A stretch of DNA of 63,717 nucleotides, filler included, from Trichosphaerium sp. ATCC 40318 (lineage: Eukaryota; Protista; Tubulinea), in the NCBI GenBank assembly GCA_038496445.1. It is 4 parts of 4 records of this genome, joined end to end, with 100 filler letters (N's around TTAATTAATTAA, not from the genome) between each part and the next. Parts side by side here need not be neighbours in the genome. Positions count along the whole stretch, not along the records: positions 40,924 to 58,636 come from JALMLS010000153.1; positions 58,737 to 63,717 come from JALMLS010000133.1; 2 more parts are not named here. One strand, written 5' to 3'. A program made the translations under genes and the position numbers. A model generated the notes under the pieces. It searched no databases. It was not told the DNA's origin and saw only the letters and a list, made by a program, of their open reading frames with translations. Positions within the stretch are counted from its first letter, which is position 1. The number at the start of each line of letters is the position of its first letter. This document shows positions 51,158 through 63,717 of this stretch, one piece after another.

Positions 51158-52761
51158 CTTGAGAGCGAGATTCTGACTTAAGGCTTCTTTTCTAAGGCGC
51201 CTTTTTTTTTGTTTCGCTTGACAGCTGATGATGTTGTGTTCTCCTGCATGTGAAGCTTCAATCTGTGTTTATCAGTTTCCTCGTTAGTGATGAGGTGGAT
51301 CAATTACACATTGCATTGTTTGTGGGTTGTATCACAGCATTAATAGTCAACGTTCTTGCTGTTGATCAAGAACGGGTGCAAAACACACTAATATAAAGAC
51401 ACTGGTGGCTTCTGAAGTTTGCTATTTTATTGGACGATAGTGGTCGAGAAGCACACAATATATTGATTACCCATTGACTTAACAGCCTCTCTTGTAACTT
51501 TAGAAAACAAAAATGCGATACTTTTCAGAGATTTTAAGTATTTCAATTATTTGTCTTTTTAAACCAAGACAAGTCTAAGTTGCTCAAGGTTAAGCAATGA
51601 CTGCAATCCAAAGTCTGTAATTGTAGTACTAATGTTTTCATGCTCTTGTTCCTCGATGATTACACCTTTGTCAGTCTATTTATTCTGCAAACCGTTTGCA
51701 ACATCAAACGTGCAGACGACACATTTTCCACAAAAAAGTGGATTCTTTGTATTCCTAGTTTTGGTGTAACACTATTCAAGTATGGGACAGCGAATACAAG
51801 CTAATATAGCACTGTTCGTTTTCGGTCGGGCCCATCGCTTCGCTCGGGGCAAGAACCCGACCTTCGCTCACAAAATGTCATCCATTGGTGGGTATGGCAG
51901 CACAGGTTAATATGTGACTAGGTACCAAAATCCACTTGAGTGGATTTTGCTTCAGATTCAGTAGAAAATCTCTTCCCTGCCACCTTTGCCACTGTGAGTT
52001 TTGAGAATTACACCAAGAAAGTTTCTAAAGTACAGATACATTACCACAACTTGCCCAAAGACCCGAATTCGCCAAGAATTACTGTGTATTCTCCGAGTTT
52101 CGCCAAAAGCTGTTTGAAGTAACCAATTACAAAAGCAAGGACTATCCAAATAAAATGTTAAATGTATTGGGAAATTACAATGTTCCGTTACCTGGGCGCC
52201 CACAACTTTATCCAACATCTCCGAAAAGTTATATTATAATATCTGCTTGTACAATCACGTGAGTGGTCGAATGACTCAAGGTTGTTTTTAGCCTCGATGT
52301 CTTTTTCGAAAGTATTACCATCATTTTTGGTATATGTTAGGCTTAGTTTTGAACAGCTTGAGCTGGCTTTTATGGCGTACTTTTTTGTTTTTAAGATCAA
52401 AAAGCCAAGTTGTTTCACCGCATGCCAACAAAAAACAACAGTAGTTAGTCATCAATCACTAAGCTAAAGTTTGTTTAACATTTTCTCATTTGCCTTTATG
52501 GCTTTGACACGTTGAGTGGCAATGAATCCAAGTACTTTGGAAAAAGGAGTCACGCAAGTATGTTTGGTGAAACGTTTTACGAAGAAATGCATAAAGTGGA
52601 TAAACATAATCCCAAACAGAAGGTTTTTGTGAACTGTGTGTTGTTTGCTTTGAAACAGATTGAATAGTTGTCGGATGGAAGCGGAAAATGATTTTACCGA
52701 CAAAGTAGTGGACATTTTTCGATCGTGGCATTGCTGAAATACCGCGTTCACCAACTTAGCA

Positions 52762-55076
52762 ATGAATCATTATCAAGTGCTTACGTTAACAATTTTGATT
52801 CTCGTAGTGTCTTCAACCAAAGCGACATACAACACGGCCAATGAAATGCCACAAGGATCGTCTTTGATCGTTAAAACAACGTATGGCCCTGTCGAAGGCT
52901 TCACTGGTACATACACAGTCTTTGTAACAACTAGAACTTATATAAGGCGTAGATTCTACAGGGGGACTTCCATACGCGTATTTTAAAGGTATTACATGAT
53001 ATACCGCAAACACGTGATATATTTTGCTAGGAATACCTTTCGCTTCGCCTCCAGTAGGATCACTACGCTTCAAGTCGCCTCAGAAGCCTCAAGAATGGAC
53101 CACAACTTTGAAGGCATCAAAGCACGTGATTTTTTTTGCGATTCCATTTTCGATATTTTCTCCAGTAACAACAACTGATCATTCTCTAACTTGTTCTTGC
53201 AACAGTTTTAAACCTCAGTGTTTACAAGATGAGCAAAAACCTGGTAAAGTATACTCAGAGGACTGCTTGTACTTGAACGTATTTGAACCAGCATCAGAAA
53301 GAGAAATGCTTCCAGTTCTCGTTTTCAGTACGTTGCTAAAGAAAAGTTTTAGGACATGTCCATGGATTATTTTGTCTAACGCTTTGCCAAGTACATGGGG
53401 GAACATTTCTCCATGCTGGTACTTCAGACTTTCCCTCAGGACAACTTGCGGCATACACCAACTCTGTGATTGTCACAATCCCGTACGTTTGTTATTCAAG
53501 CCACAAAGAGCGATTAGGATTTATTTTGGTAACAGGTATCGGCTTGGTATCTTTGGTTTTTATTTTAACAAAGACAACGCTGATCACGAGAATGTTGGGT
53601 TGTTAGATCAAGCAATGGCTATACAATGGGTTTATGATAATATTAAAAACTTCGGAGGAGATCCATCTTCAATAACTCTATTCGGAGAGTCAGCAGGAGG
53701 AATGAGCGTGTTGATGCAAGGATTAATGCCAACTGTATCAAACTTCAATACACCTTTAAGGTCAGTACAACACAGCCTTACACAAACGAGTTACTTAACA
53801 CCATTGTGTAGAGCTGTTATTGCGGAAAGTCCTGCTCCTTGGATTCTGCTAAACACTACTCAAGCAAGCTTATATGGAGAGCAAATCGCAAACATTGTTG
53901 GGTGCACAGAATACTCAACAAGGTGAGTCGAAACTTGACTTGACATGTTCCTATATCAGTAACTCTCTACAGCTGCTTGCAGAGTGTCAATGGGTCTGAT
54001 CTTGTTCAGGCTGGACATCCGACACAAAAGGCTTTACCGTATATAGGTGGTAAATCTTTGCCCAAACAACCTTTGGCCATCATTGAAAGTGGCGAATACA
54101 ACAAAATACCGTCTATTATTGGCACTAATCAGTAAGTTTCTAGGTTTACTTAACGCTTTGGATTTTGCATGTGATTTTCGAACCACTATGTTAGCATTGA
54201 GAGAACAATTCCATCCTAGCAAACCTCAAAACCAACCTAAAAAATGAACAATTCTTGGAGAAAGCTTCCAGAAAAAAAAAAGAAAAAAGAAAGAAAAGTT
54301 TGTTAGTTTATTAACTTATTGTAGGTATGAGGGCAACTTCTTTATCTACCATAGTATCGGTGCACCAAAGATATGTACGTAATACATTGTACCATTGTAA
54401 AGCTAACCATAAACACACTTCTAGTGACCTATGAAGAATACGTGGAAGTAACTGCACAAGGTTTGGGAAGACTATCTGATACCCTGGACTATAAAACAGT
54501 CCTACAATGGCACGTTCTTGTTTAATCTCATTTCTTTCGCCCCTTTCTAAACAATAGAAGGTACACTGATTATACAGAACAAGTTGGATACTGGAGAGGT
54601 TTGGCTAAGATTGTTGGTGACGGAGGTGTTCGATGTGGTGCTCATTTTGCATCGCTTAAGATTAGTTCGTATCAAGTGAACACTCATTGGCGATACTTAT
54701 TTACACGTGTACCTAAAAGTCCTGCATCATTCCTCAACGCAACACATACTTCAGAGTGTAAGTCGGTTTGAGTCTTGCTTTTTTTCTCTTCGCGCCTAAC
54801 ACGTGTTTAGTGCCGTATGTATTTCAGAATCCAGATCTTTTTTCCAATGCGACTGTATTCAATGAAGATGATGTAACGGTTGAGCATGCATTTGCTACTT
54901 TATGGAAGTCAATGTCTGCTTTGGCAAAACCTCAAGGTACCACTACATCATGGGCGAGCTATGGGACAAGCCAAAAAGTTCTTGAATTTAATGTACCTCT
55001 TCAAATGATTCCTCTGGACCAACAGTATTGGTCTTATTGCGATAACTGGCATGATACCCTGATATCATCACAATAA
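52762..55076 (+). CDS. Secreted type-B carboxylesterase
   Basis: [48 protein letters not shown] and HTSE. Confidence 0.95.
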
Positions 55077-55599
55077 CTCAGTAATAAACTGTGGCTTAAA
55101 TATTCTAAATGTTCTGTGCTGCTGAAAACTGCGTGGTGATTTGTCTAATAGTAGCGTTGACATCAAATTATGCAACTTTTTAACAAAAAAAACCACATGT
55201 GTATAATGTTTATGTATGTGGGAGTGGTCCAACTGAGAAAGTCATACTTGGGATGAGAACTTCTCCTAAATTATAGCTCAAAGTCTCCAAAAAAATAGTA
55301 GCAAACGTTCTCTCCTTCAAACATGAGATGCTTACAAACGTAGGAGTCTAAAGTGTAGTTGTTTTTACAAACGTGGATTAATGGTCTCATTAACTTTTGC
55401 TTGGACCGTTAAATATGATATTGTTTGTGATGGTATTTTGACAACTGACAGCTTGGAAATAAGCAGAAGATTGTTTCTACATTTCATAAGAGGAGGAAAC
55501 ATCAAAATAATCTATAGAGAAACAAAAAGCGAGAAAAAAATTTGAAACATACTTGGAATAAGCCAAACTCTGAATAAGTTACCAGACACTGTAGTCATA

Positions 55600-55789
55600 T
55601 GTAACGCTAAGAATTCCTATAGAACTCGGATAGAATTCGTATGGAATTACTTGAGGAACTCTCAATGAGAAGTAGAAAATATATGAAATTTCCCATAAAT
55701 TTCTATCTGTTTTCTATCAGTTATCTACTCTTAACTTGTAAATATTAATAAATTAGAACTTACATCAAAGTTACAACTGTTCCGTTACA
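55600..55789 (+). repeat. 5' LTR
   Basis: TGTAACG...CGTTACA; direct repeat of 58314-58503. Confidence 0.95.
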
Positions 55790-55975
55790 TTTGGCGACAC
55801 GATCTGATTTGATACCCTGTGGACCCTCCAATTTGGAGATCTAAACGGATAAAATACTTTTGGAGATAAATACTTAAAGGCACATATCGTTGTAGGTTCG
55901 GTTAAATAAGCCTACCTGAATAGCTACGTTCTGTATGACATTAGAGTCCCTAAGAATTCTGCAAAATTAGAAATC

Positions 55976-57070
55976 ATGAGCAGACGAGGAAATCAAGAAA
56001 ATAATCCACAGCGTAGACAGGTTCAGGCCGCTCCACAACAACCGCCACAACAACCGCCACAACAACCCGCCCCTCAACAACCAGACCCACAAACGCCTCC
56101 CGACACACCTCAGAAGTCTACACAATCAAGACAAAGTGGAACACAAATTAGTGCTTATCAAGCACGTTTGTTAAACAAATTGACACTGGCTTCAAAGGCA
56201 AAAGATGTGGTTAAGAAAAGAAGAAAACGATCAGTTACACCCTCATTTGTCAACAAATTTGAGCAAATCAAGCGAAGGACCACTCAACAATCACAGTTAT
56301 CTGAAGTAGAAAAACTGGCAGATATTTTATCAAAGCCTAAAATCCCAGATGACTTACCGTTATTCTATGGAAATGGTGATGATGCTATGGCATGGTTGAG
56401 AGCTATGATGGCGTTTTCCGAAATATATGGTTGGCAAGATGAACAATGGTATCAGGCAATCACTTCTCATCTACGAGATGGCGCACTGAATACATGGTGT
56501 TGTTTACCTCCACACCAACGTGTCAATATTGACAGTGTCATTGCAGTATTGATTGACGGCTATGCAGAAGATGAACGCCCAGACAAAGCTATGGATCGCT
56601 TTGAATCAACCAAACAAGGATCTGATACCGTACAAAACTAGTATGGCAGACTCAAAGGAAAAGCAATTGATGCCGACATGAACCCAACTACAAATCCAAA
56701 TGATAGAAATACATTCATTCGAGTATTTAGAAGAGGGCTCAACAAGAACATAAGAGATAAAATTGATCATAAATTCTATGTGGATATTGCTGACATATTG
56801 GCGGATGCTAAGAAACAAGAACAAAAATTAAAAAGTCAACAGTCACAAGTTGTTAGCGCTATAAGCTCAACACTAGAACAAGAAGATATGATTACTAAAA
56901 TGGCAGAGGCAGTGGTATTGGCACTTCAAAAATCTGGTATGACAGCTATGTATCACCCACAACACTGTACTTATTGCGGATATTCTAACCACACTGAAGA
57001 AAGATGTTATAGGAAGCACCCAAGTTTGGCTCCTAAGGGTTGGTCACCCGCTAATAGATCAAAAAACTAG
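55976..57070 (+). pseudogene. gag: Retrotransposon gag with in-frame TAG at 56639-56641
   Basis: FYGNGDDAMAWL...LRDGALNTW capsid-like region; zinc knuckle CTYCGYSNHTEERC; ORFs 55976-56641 and 56678-57070 are in the same frame. Confidence 0.85.
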
Positions 57071-57102
57071 ACTCAGGTGTTGGCTTGGGCTTAGCCAACA
57101 TT
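57060..57102 (+). promoter_or_regulatory. -1 ribosomal frameshift signal at the gag-pol junction
   Basis: Slippery A_AAA_AAC just before the gag TAG, then hairpin TGTTGGCT-N7-AGCCAACA about 8-10 nt downstream. The ORF at 57085 is in the -1 frame. Confidence 0.75.
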
Positions 57103-57930
57103 TATAAAATCATACAGCCCACTCAAACACGTGATGTTGATCCTAACCACGTGTTACTACCCAACCTCCTAAAAACAATAACCAGCTTGGCAATGGCTTT
57201 GGAAACAATCAACAAGTATTCTTATATTATTTTTGGCCAGAATGATAATTTGGATATTCGATTGAACGCTTTTATACTGGTTTTACACAGTTTTCCTTAT
57301 GAAGTTTTTCTTGGCACTGTTTTGATTACAAACCTTGGCGGAACACAAGATGCTAACAAGTCAAAATGGATAGTTCAAGGGAGGTCAGGTATCGTTGAAA
57401 TACTCTTTGTGTGCAGGCAACATCATTGGGCAAACTCTGTTTGTACTATTTTACTTGCCACATTCAATATGAGTTATTTGACAAGCAAAACGCTCCACAA
57501 CAATCGTTACCAGTGCTTCAACCAGTTTAAAACTTTGGTTGTGCTATCTATACTTATGGACAAATCCTTGGAGGAAGTCTCAGATGATTTTATGTCAATT
57601 ATTCAGCCTGATCAGCTGTATAAGCTTCCGAAACTCCTTGGTTATTTGCACGATGTCTTTGCAGTTGGAAAGAAACCTGGACATATATTAACAGTCAAGA
57701 ACAGGATCAAAGTACCTGGAGATGTCGTATCATTCCATATTACACCTTACCAAGTTTCGCTTAACGATGCAGACATAATTATTGAAGAAAACACTGAAAG
57801 CATGCTAAAGAATGGTGTCATTTGACCTTTTGAGTCAGAATGTGCGACGGTGGTGTCAGTACCAAAATCAGATGGTACTTTACGATTTTTTTTTGTGGAT
57901 TACAGAGTTATTCAAATGCCTATCCGCTAA
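57085..57930 (+). pseudogene. Degenerate pol fragment (protease region and RT N-terminus only)
   Basis: FPYEVFLG, MLKNGVI*PFES...VVSVPKSDGTLRFFFVDYR; no YxDD, RNase H or integrase. Confidence 0.75.
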
Positions 57931-58313
57931 ACATACGCGGACCAATCTTTTCAAAGATTGATCGTTCATTTTGATATTGGCTTATTTGGTTTCTATGGCA
58001 ATGATGTTGATGTTCACTTGTATAACAAGGTTGGAACTTATGAAATTAACTGCATCTCAACATTTAAAAGCTCACAACTCTTTGTTACGCTGGGTCAAAT
58101 GCAACAATTGATCACTACTTACTTATATCAAACCTCTCTAAGGGGGGAGGAATCTGGAGACATCTACCTCGGACACAATGAACATTAGACTAGGTGGATA
58201 TGTTACAAAAGAGAACTGAAAACAACATTGAAGTTTACAATTTGGACAACAACCTCATGCGATTACCTTTCCAATCAAATATTCAAGAAAACTCTCTTTC
58301 AAGGGGGGAGGAA

Positions 58314-58503
58314 TGTAACGCTAAGAATTCCTATAGAACTCGGATAGAATTCGTATGGAATTACTTGAGGAACTCTCAATGAGAAGTAGAAAATATATGA
58401 AATTTCCCATAAATTTCTATCTGTTTTCTATCAGTTATCTACTCTTAACTTGTAAATATTAATAAATTAGAACTTACATCAACGTTACAACTGTTCCGTT
58501 ACA
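58314..58503 (+). repeat. 3' LTR
   Basis: Near-identical to the 5' LTR; followed by TSD TCATA. Confidence 0.95.
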
Positions 58504-58636
58504 TCATACGAGGTTGATTACCATCAGTACCATCTATATCATTACTATATCAAGGAAGGCAAACAATCAAATAAGGAAAGTATCATTTCTAAAACGTTTT
58601 TAGAAAATAATACAAACTCGCTGTATTCACCGTTAA

Positions 58637-58736
58637 NNNNNNNNNNNNNNNNNNNNNNNNNNNNNNNNNNNNNNNNNNNNTTAATTAATTAANNNNNNNN
58701 NNNNNNNNNNNNNNNNNNNNNNNNNNNNNNNNNNNN
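58637..58736. other. Artificial contig linker
   Basis: 100-bp N run with TTAATTAATTAA. Confidence 0.97.
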
Positions 58737-58839
58737 CGTGTCAACTACCACAAAAGAGGATATGGACAAAACCAAAGGTCACGGATGTAAACAAAAAAAT
58801 GTATTAATAAATGTGGTTTTATTATTAGAACAGTTTTTA

Positions 58840-59165
58840 CACGGTATAATACACCTGGTTTTGTGGTATAATCTACCAAGTTTTAAGGTATAATATACCA
58901 GACTTTGTGGTATTATACTGTGTTTTATACCATGTTTTATGGTAGAATTATACCATATATTGCATTTTTTCAGGTGAAAAAATATGGTATAAATTCGCAC
59001 TTTTTACTGCATATTTATGGTATAATTTGGCTGTTTTATGGTATAAATCCTTTGATTTATGGTATATTATACTGGAATTTGTGGTATAAAATTGTAATCA
59101 ATGGTATAATTATACCACAAATCCATGGTATCTACCATAAAAACAGCTCGAAAATTTTAGACCTG
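58840..59165. mobile_element. Right arm of a TIR element related to 24463-25521
   Basis: GGTATA/TATACC repeat array ending in TTTTAGACCTG. Confidence 0.7.
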
Positions 59166-59557
59166 TTTGTCCTCCTCCTTTTAGTAAGCTTCATTTCTTT
59201 CATTTGTATTGTTGACGTTGACTACAGGTCCATGGTATTCTGTAAGCCATACAATTGATGTATTCGTACCAAGGTGTCTGCACACAACTGTAACGTATGT
59301 TGATTGATTATAAAGATGTTACAGTATTAACTCATTTGTTAGAGACCAAAGTCAACAGATAATGTACGTTATTGTTAAAAAAGGATATTCGTTCGTTTGT
59401 TAAATTAGTTATTAGTTACAAGAATCAGTTCTTTAAACACAATGCAACAAAAACAACAATGGATTCTTCTCTGGGACTTCTTCAAAGCACTCTTTTTACT
59501 ATGCCACCAGAAGTATTCAACAAAATAAGGAGCTATTGCGGCATTGAGTTTGATCAT

Positions 59558-59771
59558 CAGTGGTAAAATGAAAACAGGATTTTGGATATAAATCCCACTA
59601 AATTCCTTTGTTTTAGGGATTTTTAAGGTAATTTGTGAAGAATTCTTATTTTTATTTTTTTTTATGGCAGGATTTTTGATAGAATTACCATAATATTCCC
59701 TTAAATATGGAATTTTCAGAATTATTGTACAAAATCCAGCAAATAATGTTCTAATTTAGTTAGGGTTAGGG
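59558..59771. mobile_element. Truncated copy of the 27291-28322 element
   Basis: Near-identical reverse complement of ~28108-28322; preceded by AT; ends in TTAGGGTTAGGG. Confidence 0.88.
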
Positions 59772-61071
59772 TACTACTACAGAGGTGCCAAATGGTTTAG
59801 CAGATTCTGACCCTTGAGAATACCCTTCGAAAAAATAAAATACTTTTTCTTATGTAAAACACCGCCGCGATGTTGGTAGAAGCAACTAGATTTGTGTCGG
59901 TGGCATACATGCTGAGATAGCCATTTTTGGCCCTTTTTTGGCGTTTTTTTTGTCCATTTTTTGTACTTTTTTTGTCCAAACAAAGTTTGTTTGGAGGCCG
60001 CCGTTAGGCGGGCTCCAATTTCAATTTACAATATATGATTGTATGTAATTTTAGTCTGGGAACATGATGTCATCAATGTTTTTGTCATAAAAGTTCATGA
60101 TGCAAAGTTATGAATGTATTAGATGATGTTATCTTTTTTTTTAATATGTTTTTACATGTAGCCACATCTATGTGCATTATGAAAAGGGCGCTAATTTTGC
60201 GGGTGATCCTAATATTTATTGTAAATCATGATTACAATGTATATTTTGGTGGGTGGCATATATGCGATTCAAGATTTGCAAAATTCGAAAATTTTTAGTA
60301 TTTTTTTGATTTTGAATTGCTCTCCACCACACTCCTAAATACTTTTTGTATTGTAAATCATGGTTTTTAAATAGCATTTATATATGAAAGTATGAGGAGT
60401 AAGATGATATTAGAATTTTTTACTTACATGCCATTATGTATTTTTCCATTTTTGGCCTAAAATTGTTGGCTCTCTTTACATATGGCGGTAGCCACATGAC
60501 ATGTCTCTAATTTAGGCCAATTTTGCAAGCTAATTAGAAATCTTCGTGTGATTTTGATAATATAAAATATATGTAATTCGGCGAAATAATTGGGTCTATA
60601 ACTATTGATATTTGATCTTTAAAAATCACCAAAAATGTTCTTTTTTTACCTATGTTCACTAAGCCCTCCAAACCTGTACGCTGCATCATATGTTGTATTA
60701 TACCCTTACTTTATGATTATTAAACAATATCTACATGATGGAAAAAACTAGAGTGTGATTCAGCATAGTGATAGCAAATAAATATTTTTTGCCATTTTAT
60801 GGCCTACCCATTAGGGTTGCCTTGATTATGAGCCATGTATATCATCATACAAGTAGCGCTCATTATGGTATGTATACTTTTATACTTATTATCAAAAGGT
60901 GAAATGATAATCTTTTTTGCATAATTAGAGTAAAGTTACAAGGCTTTTAGAAAAAATACTAAGGTTTTTTATATAGTACTATACCAAATAACATTGTAAT
61001 ATTAAACATTTCTTTATTCTTTGGTTAATCTGACTTTCACAAACACCTCATGGGTGGTATATAATGTTTAA

Positions 61072-63420
61072 TTATTCATAATCTTCATCAGTAACATAAT
61101 GTTCTGTGAGTTTCCATGCTACAGGAGGAGTACCTGGCCATGCATCAGGTTCATCATCTGAATTAAACCCATTTTCAGTAGCATCTTTAACGACCAAACG
61201 TACTGTCCAATCATTGAAATCCCAAACATGCCAAAAATCTTGAGTGGGTTCTAACATATGCATGAACTCAAGACGCACTCTTAAAGGCCTTTTAACAAGA
61301 TGAGCATTATCTACAATCACTTCAATATCATCAGCCATTGCAAGAAACTCTTCATCAGGAGCACAATCAGGAGCCATGTATTTATTGAAACGATTTACAC
61401 AACCCCTAAAAAAAATTATCAAAACCATACACTATTCATATAACGACGACGCTCTTAGTATTTAATATAAATTAATATATAATAGCTCATTTTAAAGCTA
61501 AGAGCTACACCAACAACATATCAAAATAATAGCTATTTTCAAACGCGTAGCGTCTAGGAAATGTAACAAGAGTAAAATACAAAAATTCATACCTTATTAA
61601 TTCAGCCTCTTCACTCAAATCATAATGTATCTCAAAGGTACTTGGTCGTACATTAAAGGTTTTGGCCCAAATATGCTTGTCTTGTTCTGAAGGACCATTT
61701 TGCAAATCTGGATGTAAAGTTCCTTTGGATAGTTCAGTGATAGCTGATTTTCTACAAAAAACTTTAATAAAGTATAGAAAAAATATATTAAGTATAATCA
61801 CCTAAGATTAAGAAAACTTATGCTGTCAACACATGGAGAATATTGGACTATTTGCTCACGAATAAGAGCAAGCATTTTGTCACCTGACATAGGAGTGCCA
61901 TTAGCATTTAAAAAGAAAGATTCAACACCACGATCTTGTACTAGAACATCTCTAAACTTATACTTCCACAGTTTAAAAGAAGCATACAAGTCTTCATGAA
62001 GCTGTTGATTAAATATTAACCAGACATATTAATAAGTGAGTTTAAACAGTACCGGCAAGATAGGTTGAGTTCTGGCTACAGCCACCTTTTCTCTTCCGAG
62101 ATAAATTTGTATCTGCCCTTTTTTCGGAACATCCAAAATAACGTCTTGACATCTAACGTTACAGTAGCACTGTCTCCTTTGGCCACATCCTTTTAAAGCA
62201 AAAAAAGTGATGAGCAGTTGTTGAAAACGCCAGGCAATAGCTTTACATCTGGTTTCTTCTACAATAAACAATCAATATGTGAAACATTAAAAAAAATTTC
62301 CATTTTCTGAAACGTTTTTGCAAAGATCAGCGTTTTTCTAGGTTTGTAGGTTATGTAACAAAGCGCCGAATATCTCATTGGAAAGCTGAGGTCTTAGAGA
62401 ATTATAATCTCGAATATGAGCGTAATATATAATCTACATAGGCCACACGAAAAGAAATGGTGATATGGGTTTTGTAAAAGTAATGTTTACACTTACCTTT
62501 TTTCCTATGCCTTCCCATTACAAATTGAAGCTGCTTGCCTTCGTAACACATGTCCTCACAAACATCTTTACACACAGATGCATGTTCAGCTGGTGGCATT
62601 ATCTTACCCTTTTGATACTTTTGTGTAATGGTTTCAAAAGTACTTTTTAATTGTTCCTTTGCAACCTCCTTCAACTCTTTCATCTTTTCATTTGCTATAG
62701 AATACAAATTACGTAAAATACCAATCTTGTTTGGATCTCTAGCACTTAGCCAATGGTTGTTAGCTAAAGCCAATTTGATACAAAAAGCATAAAAACGTTT
62801 TATAAAGTTGTAAAAGTTGGATATAGTCTTGGCCTTATACTTTTTTGGCTTGTAAATGCTTTCATAAGCTTGTTGCATCATAGTTAAGTATCTACATGTA
62901 TATTATTGAGACATTACACAGGATGAAGCTTTAAACAACACGCACGTAGGGTCATACAATACTTCAGGGCCTAGTTCATAACCCAAACTATCATAAGTGG
63001 TTTTGCAAAATGCATACATACTCTTTGCCATCGACAGGTCGTTTGGAGCAGACTTGTACATGTATCTGCGAGTGCTTTTTTTGGCAAGAGCAGATTGAAG
63101 TCTATCACTGGGTACAGCCCTAAAACAGACGGATTAGAAATCAAACAAAAACCAAACATAAGAAAACATTTCGTGGATTTTTCACAAACGTTCATTAACT
63201 TAAACGTCTTGTCACGATCTTAGTAATTCGTTTAGCGTGGCGACGAATAGCGCGTTGGAAAGCCAGCATGCTGTTCTACTACCACCTCCAATATTAAGCG
63301 CGTACATGGTATAGACGCCGATCACGAAGAACATCTATAAAAGTGACACAAGAAATAAATACGTACTTCAAAGCACTAACATGAGCCATCTCCACATACA
63401 AATCTAATGCAGGCCAATCC
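61072..63420 (-). mobile_element. Intron-containing tyrosine recombinase gene (Crypton-like or other YR element); ends approximate
   Basis: Box I-like LKGCGQRRQ, FFLNANGTPMS, box II-like FLNLRKSAIT, and NVRPSTFEIHYD with the putative catalytic Tyr. Confidence 0.7.
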
Positions 63421-63556
63421 ATGGCTAATCCCTTTTGATATTTCTTATTCTTGCCAGGTCTGCCAGTGGGGCACTTTACAATTATTGAGCAAATAAGTTT
63501 TGATGCAATGGCGTTTGCTGGCAAAAGTGACGTTCTGACTTTGTTTTTTCTTAGGT

Positions 63557-63717
63557 ATGGAAAAAAAAAGAAAGAGAGCTATTAAAACTCCTCTCAAAGG
63601 AGGTCCTCCCAGAAGTTATCCAAAAGCTAAACGTAATGTTGCTCCCAACTATAAAGTTACAACTCGTCAGTCCAAACGCAGCTCCTTGAAAGTGGTGGGT
63701 AAAAGAAGACGTATGCC
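63557..63717 (+). CDS. Start or exon of a basic protein, running off the window
   Basis: Open frame MEKKRKRAIKTPLKGGPPRSYPKAKRNVAP..., divergent from the recombinase. Confidence 0.3.
   Translation, partial: MEKKRKRAIKTPLKGGPPRSYPKAKRNVAPNYKVTTRQSKRSSLKVVGKRRRM

Larger units (their letters stand above)
55600..58503 (+). mobile_element. Non-autonomous Ty3/gypsy-like LTR retrotransposon (gag + remnant of pol)
   Basis: 190-bp TG...CA LTRs at 55600-55789 and 58314-58503 differing at one base; TSD TCATA; PBS TGGCGACACGATC; PPT AAGGGGGGAGGAA. Confidence 0.95.

Noticed and set aside
51900-52760. Short ORFs upstream of the carboxylesterase
   Set aside because: Multiple stops and no recognisable domain; at most a decayed fragment.

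Overview
AT-rich, intron-dense eukaryotic nuclear DNA, most consistent with a free-living amoeba or amoebozoan-like protist (inference from gene content). It is four contigs joined by artificial 100-bp N linkers carrying TTAATTAATTAA (21534-21633, 40824-40923, 58637-58736). Genes are tightly packed with many short introns, several with GC donors. Occasional 1-nt indels in conserved genes point to assembly errors. Recognisable genes: KDSR-like SDR, RRM protein, xylose-isomerase-like TIM barrel, atypical Rab-like GTPase, NH3-dependent NAD synthetase, ankyrin, SPRY and RCC1-like proteins, alkaline phosphatase, S53 peptidase, malate dehydrogenase with a long N-terminal extension, SDR39U1-like epimerase, GH5 glycosidase and carboxylesterase. 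Mobile DNA: a recent non-autonomous LTR element, CAG-terminal TIR elements (two nested in an intronless RRM ORF) and an intron-containing tyrosine recombinase. The best candidate for a new system is a family of three paralogues built from a ~65-70 aa Trp-rich repeat, apparently mitochondrion-targeted. One is repeat-only, one is repeat + PD-(D/E)XK-like nuclease, and one is repeat + nuclease + in-frame minimal ATP-dependent DNA ligase. This is a modular 'bind-cut-ligate' layout reminiscent of PPR/OPR-RAP families. All exon structures were spliced by hand and are approximate.
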